25,453 bases of DNA from an uncultured Gemmatimonadaceae bacterium (GTDB taxonomy: Bacteria > Gemmatimonadota > Gemmatimonadetes > Longimicrobiales > Gaopeijiaceae): contig CAYGKI010000002.1 of NCBI GenBank assembly GCA_964350235.1, positions 5,974 through 31,426 of the forward strand, written 5' to 3'. The notes under the pieces are model-generated. The model searched no databases. It was not told where the DNA came from and saw nothing but the letters and a program-made list of their open reading frames with translations. Positions 15,599 to 24,223 of the stretch are shown one piece after another (the first letter of the stretch is position 1; each line of letters starts with the position of its first letter). A program made the translations under genes and the position numbers.

Positions 15599-16855
15599 AT
15601 GCGCTTCCTCCACGTCGCCGACGTCCATCTCGACACCGCCTTCGCCGGCAGATCCGAGGCCGTGCGACGCAGACTCCGTGAAGCCTCCCGCGAGGCGTTC
15701 CGGCGGGCCGTCGACGTGGCGCTCCAGGAGCAGGTGGACGCCGTGCTCATCGCCGGTGATCTCTTCGATGGCGATCGCCTGTCGTTCGAGACGGAGCGCT
15801 TCCTCATGGAGCAGGTGGGACGACTCGGCGATCACGGCGTCACCGTCGTCTACGCCACGGGCAACCACGACCCTGGATCGGTCTCCGGTGGGCCCCGAGC
15901 GCTGCAATGGCCTCCCAACGTGGTCACGGCATCCGACGCGACGCCCAAGCGCATCACCATCACCGGCCGGGGTGGGGGAACCGCGGGTCACGTGAATGCC
16001 GTCGGACACGAGACGGCGCACGAGGAGCGTGACCTCTCCCGGCTGATGCCCAGACCCGAGGGAGAGGGACCCGAGGTGGGACTGCTCCACACACAGGTCC
16101 ACGCGTCCGCGGGCTCGGAGCGCCACGGGTCGTACGCGCCGTCGGATCTCTCCTACCTCAGGCGCGCCGGATACGACTACTGGGCCCTGGGGCACGTGCA
16201 CGTTCCCCAGGAGCTGTCTGCGGACCCGCCCATCTGGTACTCCGGCAGCCTCCAGGGGCGGAGTCACGGTGAGAGCGGCGAGCACGGCGCGCTGGTGGTG
16301 GATCTCACGGACCGGCACGCCCCCGAGGTGTCCTTCCGTCCCCTGGCTTCGGTGCGATGGGAGACGCTCCTCGTGGAACGCTTGGAGAACATCCGGTCGT
16401 TCGACGCCCTCGTCGGTCACGCGGCGGCCCTCTGGCGAGACACCCGAACCGCGGAGCCCGGCGCTCCGGGAACCGAGTGGATGGTTCGCCTGCAGCTCAC
16501 GGGAGCCTGCCCGCTGTGGTCCGAGCTGCAGCGGGAGGAGGATCTGGAGACCCTGGCCGCGGAGCTCCGAGATCTTCTCGGCGTGCTGGACGTCATCGTC
16601 ACCGCGGAGGCGGTCCACCCCGTCCTCGACCTCGACGAGCACAGGGCCCGAACGGACGTCCTGGGAGAGGCGCTCCGCCTCGCACAGCGGATCCGGAGCG
16701 GGAACGCCGCGCTTCCGGCGGTAGTCGCCGATGACCTGGCCGGCGTACCCGGTGCCTCGGAGGAGGCGGTGCGGGCTTACGTGCGAGATCTCCTGGACGA
16801 TATCGACGGCGAGATCGCCGCCCGTCTCATCGAGGACTCCGGATCGCGCTCGTGA
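15599..16855 (+). CDS. Metallophosphoesterase, YhaO/SbcD/Mre11-like DNA repair exonuclease
   Basis: All five phosphoesterase motifs: HVADVHLD, AGDLFD, GNHD, LLHT, ALGHVH, then YSGSLQGR. Start MRFLHVAD at 15599; an in-frame ATG at 15497 with GAGG upstream is an alternative. Confidence 0.92.
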   Translation: MRFLHVADVHLDTAFAGRSEAVRRRLREASREAFRRAVDVALQEQVDAVLIAGDLFDGDRLSFETERFLMEQVGRLGDHGVTVVYATGNHDPGSVSGGPRALQWPPNVVTASDATPKRITITGRGGGTAGHVNAVGHETAHEERDLSRLMPRPEGEGPEVGLLHTQVHASAGSERHGSYAPSDLSYLRRAGYDYWALGHVHVPQELSADPPIWYSGSLQGRSHGESGEHGALVVDLTDRHAPEVSFRPLASVRWETLLVERLENIRSFDALVGHAAALWRDTRTAEPGAPGTEWMVRLQLTGACPLWSELQREEDLETLAAELRDLLGVLDVIVTAEAVHPVLDLDEHRARTDVLGEALRLAQRIRSGNAALPAVVADDLAGVPGASEEAVRAYVRDLLDDIDGEIAARLIEDSGSRS

Positions 16856-19539
16856 GGATCGAGCATCTCGAGGTCGAAGCGTTCGGCAGGCTCACCACGT
16901 TCGACGAGCATGAGGGTCCGCTCCCGTCCATGGTCGTGGTCCTGGGCCCCAACGAAGCCGGAAAGTCTACGGTCTTCGAGTTCCTGACGACCATGCTGTA
17001 CGGTTTCTCTCCCGCGTCGCGGGATCTGAACCCGTTCGTGCCCTGGGGTAGCGACGAGGCCCGGGGTGCGCTCCACATGCGGCTCGCCGACGGCCGGTCC
17101 GCCACAGTGACGCGCCGGCTCCGTTCTCAGCCGGCGGCCCAGCTCGATGTCGAAGGACAGTTGTCGGATCTGAGGAACCATCCACTCCCCTGGGTCAGTC
17201 ACGTGCCGCGCCGGGTCTTTCGACAGGTGTTCGCCATCACCCTCGGCGAGCTGGCGAGCCTGGACGAGGACACGTGGGCCCGCATCCAGGACCGCGTCGT
17301 GGGATCCATGGGTGCCTCGGATCTCCGTCCGGTGCGGGAAGTTGCGGCGGAGTTGGAGCGGGAAGCGGGGGAGCTGTGGCGCCCGAACCGGCGGGGCAAC
17401 CAGAAGATCCGCGAAGCGCGGAACGAGCTTCGCGCCGTCAGGGCCCGGCGTCGTGAAGCGGTGCAGCGAGACCGGGACCTGCGGGCACGGGTCGAGGAGC
17501 TCCGACGCGCCAGCATGGTGCTCAAGGCCCGGCGGGAGCGCCGTGACGCCGATCAGGCCGTGCTGGACCGCGCCCAGCTGCTCCTTCCCGTTCGGGCCCA
17601 GCTCCAACGGATCGCGGCCCTGAGGCGGGACGCCGGCCCCGAGGAGTTGCTCCACGGCCTGCCCCGAGAGCCTCTCGTCCGATGGGAGGAGGCGCGCAGC
17701 CGGGTGCGTGCCCTGGAAGAGGAGCTGCGGGAAGCGCGGACCGAGCGGGAGGCGCCGCGGGCCAGGCAGGACGCGCTCACCGGGGGTACGGCCGCCGTCC
17801 TCTCCCTGAGTGAGGAGATCACGCGGTACGCATCGGCGGCGGCGCGCGCCTCGGCCGACCGCCAGCGTATCGAAGAGCTCAGGACAGAGATCGCGGCCAT
17901 CGAGGAGAAGCTGGACCGGGTCTGCCACGACCTGGTGGGCCGCCCCTGGGCCTCGGCACCCCGCGACCGCCTGCTGGAACGTACGCCCGCCTCCATCCGT
18001 TCCGCCGTGGAGCGTCTGGAGCGCGGGAGGAGTCGCGTGGAGCGTACCGAAGCCGAGAGAGCTCCGGACGTGCCAGGATCCCCGGGACTCGCCCTGTCGG
18101 GGGTGGTGGCGGTTCTAGGCGTGGCTCTGGCGGCCTGGGGGCTCACCTCGCAGAGCGCCCTCCTCATGACTCTGGGCACCGTCACCGCCACTGCGGCCGC
18201 CGTGCTCATCTGGGTCCTCTCACGGACCCGTTCGGCGGGGGAAGCGGCGGTCGCCGAGTGGACGCGGCGCCGCGAGGAGGCGAACAGGGAGCGACAGGAG
18301 GCTCGGGCCATGTTCCAGGCCCTCGTCCAGGACCTGGAGCTCTCCGAGCATCATCGCCAGTACCCAGGCCGCGCGCTGGTGGATGCCCTCGAGCGCGTGC
18401 ACGAGCTCGCGGACCAGCACCGTCTGAGGGCGAGGACCCTGGACGAGGCCGAGACCAGGGTGGAGGCGGCGGTCCGCGAAGGCCGGGCGCTGGCGGGCAG
18501 ACTGTCCGTCGAAGTCGACCCGGCGACCGACCCGGAGTCGTTGGCTTCCGCGCTCTCCAGCGGCCTGCGCGAGGCGGAGCGGATCGAGCAGGCCGCGTCG
18601 GCGGCCGAGCGGGAGCTGGCCGGCCTGGATCGTACCATGGAGCGCATCGAGGTGGTCCTCGCGGATTCACGTGGGGTGGTGACCGAGCTCGAGGAAGCGG
18701 CTCGACGGTTCTCCGACGGCGCCGCCGAGGAGGGACTGGGAGAGGCCACCCGACGCTTGGCGGCGTGGGAGCGTGCGCGTCGACTGGAGGAGGAGCTGGA
18801 AGAGAGCCAGCCCGATCTCCAGCTCTTGCGGCAGCGCATCGAGGAGGCCGAGCGCCAGGGCGCACGGTGGCTTTCGGAAGACGACGACCTGGTCACCCGC
18901 CGCAACCGCGTACGCCAGCTCCAGGACCAGATCGAGGAGCTGGAGGGAACGACCAGCGCGCTGACGAAGGAGATCGAGCTGGCCCGAAGCCAGGAGACCG
19001 CGGACCGAGTGGACGGTGAAGCCGCCACGCTCCAGGCGACCATGCACGCGCTGGTCCGGGCCAGGGATCGGAAGTGGGTGCTGGCTCAACTCCTGCGCCA
19101 GGCCGATCGGACGTTCCGGGAAGAGCATCAGCCGGACCTGATGCGCCGGGCTGGGCGCCACCTGAGCCACCTCACCGATGGACGATACGACCGGATTCTC
19201 GTGGAGGAAGGCGACGAGCGGGATCTCTTCCGCATCGCGGGACCGGGGGTCGCCGGGCCCATAACGCTCAGCCATCCCGTATCCACCGGAACCCTCGAGC
19301 AGGCCTACCTCAGCCTCCGCCTGGCCATCGTGGACCACCTGGATCAGGGCACGGAGCCGCTCCCGTTGTTCATCGACGAAGTGTTCGTGAACTGGGATGC
19401 CGAGCGGCGACGGCGGGGCGTGGAGGTGGTGACCGGGCTCGCGGCGACGCGCCAGGTCTTCGTCTTCACATGTCACCCCTTCATGGCCGAAGAGCTGGCC
19501 TGCGCGGGAGCGCGCGTGGTTCGGCTGGAGCGCGGGTGA
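16852..19539 (+). CDS. YhaN-like (SbcC/Rad50/SMC-like) ATPase with long coiled coils and a central hydrophobic hairpin
   Basis: GTGA overlap with the nuclease; Walker A GPNEAGKST; signature VSTGTLEQAYLSLRLA; Walker B/D-loop LFIDEVFVNWD; H-loop FTCH; two hydrophobic segments at residues ~413-457. Confidence 0.92.
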   Translation: MRIEHLEVEAFGRLTTFDEHEGPLPSMVVVLGPNEAGKSTVFEFLTTMLYGFSPASRDLNPFVPWGSDEARGALHMRLADGRSATVTRRLRSQPAAQLDVEGQLSDLRNHPLPWVSHVPRRVFRQVFAITLGELASLDEDTWARIQDRVVGSMGASDLRPVREVAAELEREAGELWRPNRRGNQKIREARNELRAVRARRREAVQRDRDLRARVEELRRASMVLKARRERRDADQAVLDRAQLLLPVRAQLQRIAALRRDAGPEELLHGLPREPLVRWEEARSRVRALEEELREARTEREAPRARQDALTGGTAAVLSLSEEITRYASAAARASADRQRIEELRTEIAAIEEKLDRVCHDLVGRPWASAPRDRLLERTPASIRSAVERLERGRSRVERTEAERAPDVPGSPGLALSGVVAVLGVALAAWGLTSQSALLMTLGTVTATAAAVLIWVLSRTRSAGEAAVAEWTRRREEANRERQEARAMFQALVQDLELSEHHRQYPGRALVDALERVHELADQHRLRARTLDEAETRVEAAVREGRALAGRLSVEVDPATDPESLASALSSGLREAERIEQAASAAERELAGLDRTMERIEVVLADSRGVVTELEEAARRFSDGAAEEGLGEATRRLAAWERARRLEEELEESQPDLQLLRQRIEEAERQGARWLSEDDDLVTRRNRVRQLQDQIEELEGTTSALTKEIELARSQETADRVDGEAATLQATMHALVRARDRKWVLAQLLRQADRTFREEHQPDLMRRAGRHLSHLTDGRYDRILVEEGDERDLFRIAGPGVAGPITLSHPVSTGTLEQAYLSLRLAIVDHLDQGTEPLPLFIDEVFVNWDAERRRRGVEVVTGLAATRQVFVFTCHPFMAEELACAGARVVRLERG

Positions 19540-20369
19540 CCCTCGGTCCTCAGCCGGTGCTCCACGTGGTGCGCGGCGGCCTGCCACCGGGTCCCGACAC
19601 CCAGACCTTCGTGCTCGTGCACGGGTATGGAGCGTCGACGTTCACGTGGCGCCGCTGGGTACCCGAGCTGGAACGAAGGGGCCACGTCGTTCAGGTGGAT
19701 CTCCTGGGCTGTGGAGCCTCGCCCGCGCCCCCGACCGGCCCGTACGACCCCGAGGGCCAGGCCGGCCTCCTCCTGGAGCGCCTCCGGAGCCTCCGGTTGA
19801 CGGAGCATCCGGTCACCCTCGTCGGACACTCTCTCGGGGGCGGGATCTCCCTGTTCACCGCCCTGGAGCTCGAGCGCGCGGGGACGCCCCTGCGCCGCCT
19901 GGTGGTGGTCGCCGGTGCGGCCTACCCCCAGCCCATGCCGCCGTTCGTGACCCTGGCCCGATACCGGGCTCTGGCTCTGACGGCGCTCGAGGCCATTCCT
20001 AAAGACTTCCTGGTGCGGCAGATGCTCCGCTCCATCGTCTTCGATCCCTCGGTGGTGACGGACGAGCTGGTGCGGGGATACGCGGGTCCGCTGGCGCGCC
20101 CGGGCGTTCCGCAGGCCCTTCTCGAGACCGCGAGGCGGATCGAGCCCCCCGATCTCCCCGCCCTCACTCGCCGGTATCCCACCCTCGCCACGCCGACGCT
20201 CCTCCTCTGGGGACGGCACGACCGCGTGGTTCCCCCTTGGGTGGGGCACCGGTTGGCGCGCACGCTCCCGGCCGCCCGGCTCCATCTCCTCGATCGGTGC
20301 GGCCATCTCCCCCAGGACGAGCGGCCCGAGGCCGCGCTGGCAGCTCTAGCTGCGTTCCTGGACGCCTGA
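19536..20369 (+). CDS. Alpha/beta-fold hydrolase (~277 aa)
   Basis: GTG 19536 overlaps the ATPase stop; VLVHGYGAS oxyanion motif, DLLGCG, GHSLGG nucleophile elbow, WGRHDRVVP acid, CGHLPQDE His. Confidence 0.92.
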   Translation: MTLGPQPVLHVVRGGLPPGPDTQTFVLVHGYGASTFTWRRWVPELERRGHVVQVDLLGCGASPAPPTGPYDPEGQAGLLLERLRSLRLTEHPVTLVGHSLGGGISLFTALELERAGTPLRRLVVVAGAAYPQPMPPFVTLARYRALALTALEAIPKDFLVRQMLRSIVFDPSVVTDELVRGYAGPLARPGVPQALLETARRIEPPDLPALTRRYPTLATPTLLLWGRHDRVVPPWVGHRLARTLPAARLHLLDRCGHLPQDERPEAALAALAAFLDA

Positions 20370-23102
20370 GGTCCGCACGTACCGCTTCCAGAGCTGACCC
20401 GCCGCCAGCGGAACCAGCGCCGCGCCTGCAGCCACCAACCAATCCGCCGGCGCCAGGGGCACCGTGCCCAGAGCTACCTGGAGCGTGGGAACGTACACCG
20501 CGGCGACCTGCAGGAGCAGCGCGAACACCAGAGCCGCCGACAACCACCGATTGGAGACCCTTTCCGCCCCGGGACCGACAGGACCGAACCGCCGGGCGTT
20601 CAGGGCGTGCGCCAGCTGTGCCAGGGCCAGCGTCATGAAGGCCATGGTGCCGGCGTAACCCGGTGCGGCGCCTTCCCGGGTCAACGCGAGGGCGAACACA
20701 CCCAGCGTGGAAGCCGTCAGCAGGGCGGCGTACCCACCCAGCGTCGCCAGGAATCCCCGGGACAGGATGGGCGCGTCCGTCGGACGCGGCGGGCGCCGCA
20801 TGACGTCGGGCTCGGCCGGCTCGGCGGAGAGCGCCAGAGCCGGGAACACGTCCGTGACCACGTTCAACCAGAGCAGCTGTAGAGGAAGGAGCGGGAGGGG
20901 GGCTCCGACGAGGGACGCACCGAGCACTACCCCCACCTCCGACAGGTTACAGCTGAACAGGTAGAAGACGAACTTCCGGATGTTGTCGAAGATGACCCGA
21001 CCCTCCTCCACGGCCACACCCACCGTCTCGAGTCGGTCGTCGGCCAGGACGAGGTCCGCCACGCCCTTGGCCACGTCGGTTCCCCGCCCCCCCATGGCCA
21101 CCCCGATGTCCGCGCGCTTGAGGGCCGGAGCATCGTTGACACCGTCACCCAGCATGCCCACGACCTCACCTCGCTCTCGGAGCGCCTCGACGAGCCTCAA
21201 CTTGTCGTGCGGGCTGACCCGACCGAAAACGCTGGCCTCGGCAACCAGCGCGACCAGCTCGTCGTGCCCCATCCGTGACAGCTCCGCACCCTTCACCACC
21301 CGCCCCCCTTCCGGGAGCATGTCCAGGCGCCGGGCGATGGACCGGGCAGTGGCGGGCTGATCCCCCGTGATCATCAGGGTCCGCACCCCCGCGGATCGAA
21401 AGCGGGCGATGGTTTCCGCCACATGGGGAGCGGGAGGATCCATGAGTCCGATGAACCCGAGCAGGGTCAACCCCTCCAGCCCCTCGTCACGACCCGCTCG
21501 GGCCCTCGGCGCGTGACCCGAGGCCACCGCCAGCACGCGGAGGCCCTCCGCCGCGAGGCGCTCCTCGAGCTCGAATACTTCCCGGCGCGCAGACTCGTCC
21601 ATCGGCTCACGGCCCTCCGGGCCCATACGGTCGACGCACAGAGGCATCACCCTGTCCGTGGCGCCTTTCACGAGGACCTCCACGGTATCCGGTTCGGGCC
21701 CCGCCCCGCCGTGGAAACTGGCCATCAGCATCCGCTCGCTGGAGAAGGGCATGCGCGCGACTTCCGGCGCCTGGTCGAGGAGCGCCGCGCGCTCCATTCC
21801 CATGGCGTCTCCCAGACGGAGGATGGCCACATCGGTGGGATCGCCGATGCCCCGCTGGACCCCATCCACCGACTCCAGGCGGGCTTCGTTGGCGAGCACG
21901 GCGGCGCGCACCAGCTCGTCCAGCCCCGCCACCTCCACCAGCTCCCCGGCGCGACCCTCCGGGCGCCCCCGAGCCCCTCCCTCCTCGGGAGAGAGGTCCA
22001 CCCGTCCCCCGGCCGCGAGCACCGAAGTGACGGTCATCTTGCCCGTGGTCAGGGTCCCGGTCTTGTCGGCGCAGATCACCGTGGCGGACCCCAGGGCCTC
22101 CACGGCCGGCGGCCGCCTCACCAGGGCGTTGCGCCGTGCCATCCGCCACATCCCCACCGCCAGGGTGATGGTGGCGACCACCGGGAGTCCCTCCGGGACC
22201 GCTGCGATGGCCAGGGCGAGCCCCGTCTGAACCACCAGCCAGGGGTCCCTTCCTCCCACCAGCCCCACCAGGATGACCAGCGCGGCGACACCGAGCGTCA
22301 GCCACACCAGCCGCTTGCCCAATACGTCCAGACGCTGCTCGATGGGTGTGGGCGCGTGCTCGAGGGTGCTGACCAGGACCCCGATCTTCCCCAGCTCCGT
22401 GCTGGCCCCGGTGGCCACGACCACTGCCTCGCCCGCCCCCCTCGCCACGGTCGTGCCCTTGAACACCATGGACGTCCTGTCCCCCACGCCCGTCGGTCCG
22501 GCTGCCTCCTCCACCACCGGGTCGGTGCTCTTGCCCACCGGCTCCGACTCCCCGGTGAGCGCCGCCTCTTCCATCCTGAGCTCGTCCGCCCGCAGAAGCC
22601 GCGCGTCGGCGGGGACGGCGGCGCCTTCGGAAAGGACGATCACGTCGCCGGGCACCAGCTCGGAAGCCGCCACCTTCAGGCGATGGCCGTCCCTGAGCAC
22701 CACCGCCTCGTCGACCTGGAGCTGCCGGAGGGCATCCACGGCCATGCGCGCCCGCCACTCGGTCCAGAACCCCACCGCGACGTTGATGGCCAGCACGACG
22801 CCGATGGCGGCCGCTTCGACGTGGTCGCCGATGAGCGCGGAGAGCGCGGTGGCGGCCACCAACAGCCAGACCACCACGCTCCGGAACTGGTGGCTGAACA
22901 CGGCCCACGCCGATACGGGCCTGCGAACCGCCAGGACGTTGGCTCCGTAGCGGGCGAGGCGCTCGGTCGCCTCCTCCGCCGTCAGGCCCTCCCTGTCCGC
23001 TCCCTGCCGCCGGAGAACTTCGTCCGCAGAGAGCGCATGCCAGGCGTCAGCCTGCGCGTCCTCGGTGATGTTACCTGACCGCGGGTGGTCGCCGGGCCTC
23101 AC
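20346..23102 (-). CDS. Cation-translocating P-type ATPase, P2A (Ca2+-type; CtpF/SERCA-like)
   Basis: [10 protein letters not shown]-terminus, [45 protein letters not shown]5 SCNLSEV, M6 [20 protein letters not shown] start overlaps the upstream stop. Confidence 0.95.
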   Translation of the reverse strand: MRPGDHPRSGNITEDAQADAWHALSADEVLRRQGADREGLTAEEATERLARYGANVLAVRRPVSAWAVFSHQFRSVVVWLLVAATALSALIGDHVEAAAIGVVLAINVAVGFWTEWRARMAVDALRQLQVDEAVVLRDGHRLKVAASELVPGDVIVLSEGAAVPADARLLRADELRMEEAALTGESEPVGKSTDPVVEEAAGPTGVGDRTSMVFKGTTVARGAGEAVVVATGASTELGKIGVLVSTLEHAPTPIEQRLDVLGKRLVWLTLGVAALVILVGLVGGRDPWLVVQTGLALAIAAVPEGLPVVATITLAVGMWRMARRNALVRRPPAVEALGSATVICADKTGTLTTGKMTVTSVLAAGGRVDLSPEEGGARGRPEGRAGELVEVAGLDELVRAAVLANEARLESVDGVQRGIGDPTDVAILRLGDAMGMERAALLDQAPEVARMPFSSERMLMASFHGGAGPEPDTVEVLVKGATDRVMPLCVDRMGPEGREPMDESARREVFELEERLAAEGLRVLAVASGHAPRARAGRDEGLEGLTLLGFIGLMDPPAPHVAETIARFRSAGVRTLMITGDQPATARSIARRLDMLPEGGRVVKGAELSRMGHDELVALVAEASVFGRVSPHDKLRLVEALRERGEVVGMLGDGVNDAPALKRADIGVAMGGRGTDVAKGVADLVLADDRLETVGVAVEEGRVIFDNIRKFVFYLFSCNLSEVGVVLGASLVGAPLPLLPLQLLWLNVVTDVFPALALSAEPAEPDVMRRPPRPTDAPILSRGFLATLGGYAALLTASTLGVFALALTREGAAPGYAGTMAFMTLALAQLAHALNARRFGPVGPGAERVSNRWLSAALVFALLLQVAAVYVPTLQVALGTVPLAPADWLVAAGAALVPLAAGQLWKRYVRTSGVQERS

Positions 23103-24187
23103 CCCGTGTAGCGCAACCTGGCCCCCACCCCTTCCGCTTCCTCGTCGAGCCGCTCCGCGCTGTCATGGGAGAGCTCCTCCACCCCGGCGCCCTGCTCGAA
23201 GGCCGTCCCGACGAAGTGGTCGGCCAGGTCGGGGTGGCGCTCGCGAAAGCCTCGGGTGAGGAGCAGGGTGTCCACCCGCGCCCCGCGGAGCGCATCTTCG
23301 GTGTCCACCAGCCCCAGCGCGCCCTTGCCGCCCGATCGCGCCAGGTCCATGACGGTTCCGAGGAGCTCGCCCTGGAGGGCACGAGTCAGCTCGGATGCCG
23401 CCCCCTCCACCGTCTCCTTCACCTCCGCTTCGGTCATGGCGAGATGCATGGAGGGAACGACGACGAGCCGGTCGGACATATGCTCCAACTGGCCCGCCAC
23501 TGCGGCCTCCCGCTCCGCGACCCCCCCCAACACCACGAGCCCGTCCTTGCCCGCCAGGTCCTCCACGACCTGGACGAGGCGAGCCTGCAGCTCGGTGGCG
23601 CTCTTCTCCAATGCGCGCTGGGCGGCGTCCGTGCCCGTCTCACCGTGCGTGCCGGTGTGCGTGGACGCCCGCTTGCTCATGCTGGACTCCCGGTAGTCGC
23701 CGATCTCCGCGTCGGCGAGGAGATCCGCGCGCTCCTCCAGCTCACCCTGATGGTAGGTGAAGACCCTGGCCTTCCGGCTGTCCACCAGGACCGCCACCAC
23801 CATCCGATCCTGCTTGAGGGCGCGCACGTACGGTGCAGCGCGGAGCCCGCGCTCCCAGCGGACCAGGTGTGGCATGGGCACGGGGAGCTCCTCGGCGTAG
23901 ACGAGCCCTCCCTCCGCCGCAAAGCCGACCCACCCCTTCGCCGGCAGGAAGGCTCCGTAGCGGCCAAGGCGCTCCTCCACCAACGCCTTCGCCCGGTCGA
24001 ACGCATCCAACGTCTCCGGGCTCTCGGACTCGACACGGGCTCGCTCCCGCGCCAGCCCCTGCTCCAACTCCAGCGCCCAGGTCCGGCGCTGTGCGGGGTC
24101 CTTGCCGTCCCCGTCGACGTAGACGCTCAAGACGCTCTCGTCGCGGTGGCTTCGGTAGAGCTCGATCAACTGGTCTCGGTTCAGCAT
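23099..24187 (-). CDS. Bacterial aeRF1/pelota-like protein (baeRF family, probably baeRF10-type) lacking GGQ; Balon-like candidate
   Basis: N-terminal VLSVYVD; middle RNaseH-like domain VAVLVDSRKARVF...LVVLGG; L7Ae-like C-terminal domain ARVDTLLL...GVGARLRY (eRF1 GIGAILRY-like); loop at the GGQ position reads GTHGETG. Strong SD GGAGGGAG upstream. Confidence 0.75.
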   Translation of the reverse strand: MLNRDQLIELYRSHRDESVLSVYVDGDGKDPAQRRTWALELEQGLARERARVESESPETLDAFDRAKALVEERLGRYGAFLPAKGWVGFAAEGGLVYAEELPVPMPHLVRWERGLRAAPYVRALKQDRMVVAVLVDSRKARVFTYHQGELEERADLLADAEIGDYRESSMSKRASTHTGTHGETGTDAAQRALEKSATELQARLVQVVEDLAGKDGLVVLGGVAEREAAVAGQLEHMSDRLVVVPSMHLAMTEAEVKETVEGAASELTRALQGELLGTVMDLARSGGKGALGLVDTEDALRGARVDTLLLTRGFRERHPDLADHFVGTAFEQGAGVEELSHDSAERLDEEAEGVGARLRYTG

Positions 24188-24223
24188 GGAGACACTCCCT
24201 CCGGAAGTGGCGCTAGGTGATGG

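Noticed and set aside
21423-23078. 551-aa plus-strand ORF, and 23165..24220 (351 aa)
   Set aside because: Antisense to the P-type ATPase and the baeRF gene; His/Arg/Gly-rich shadow composition.
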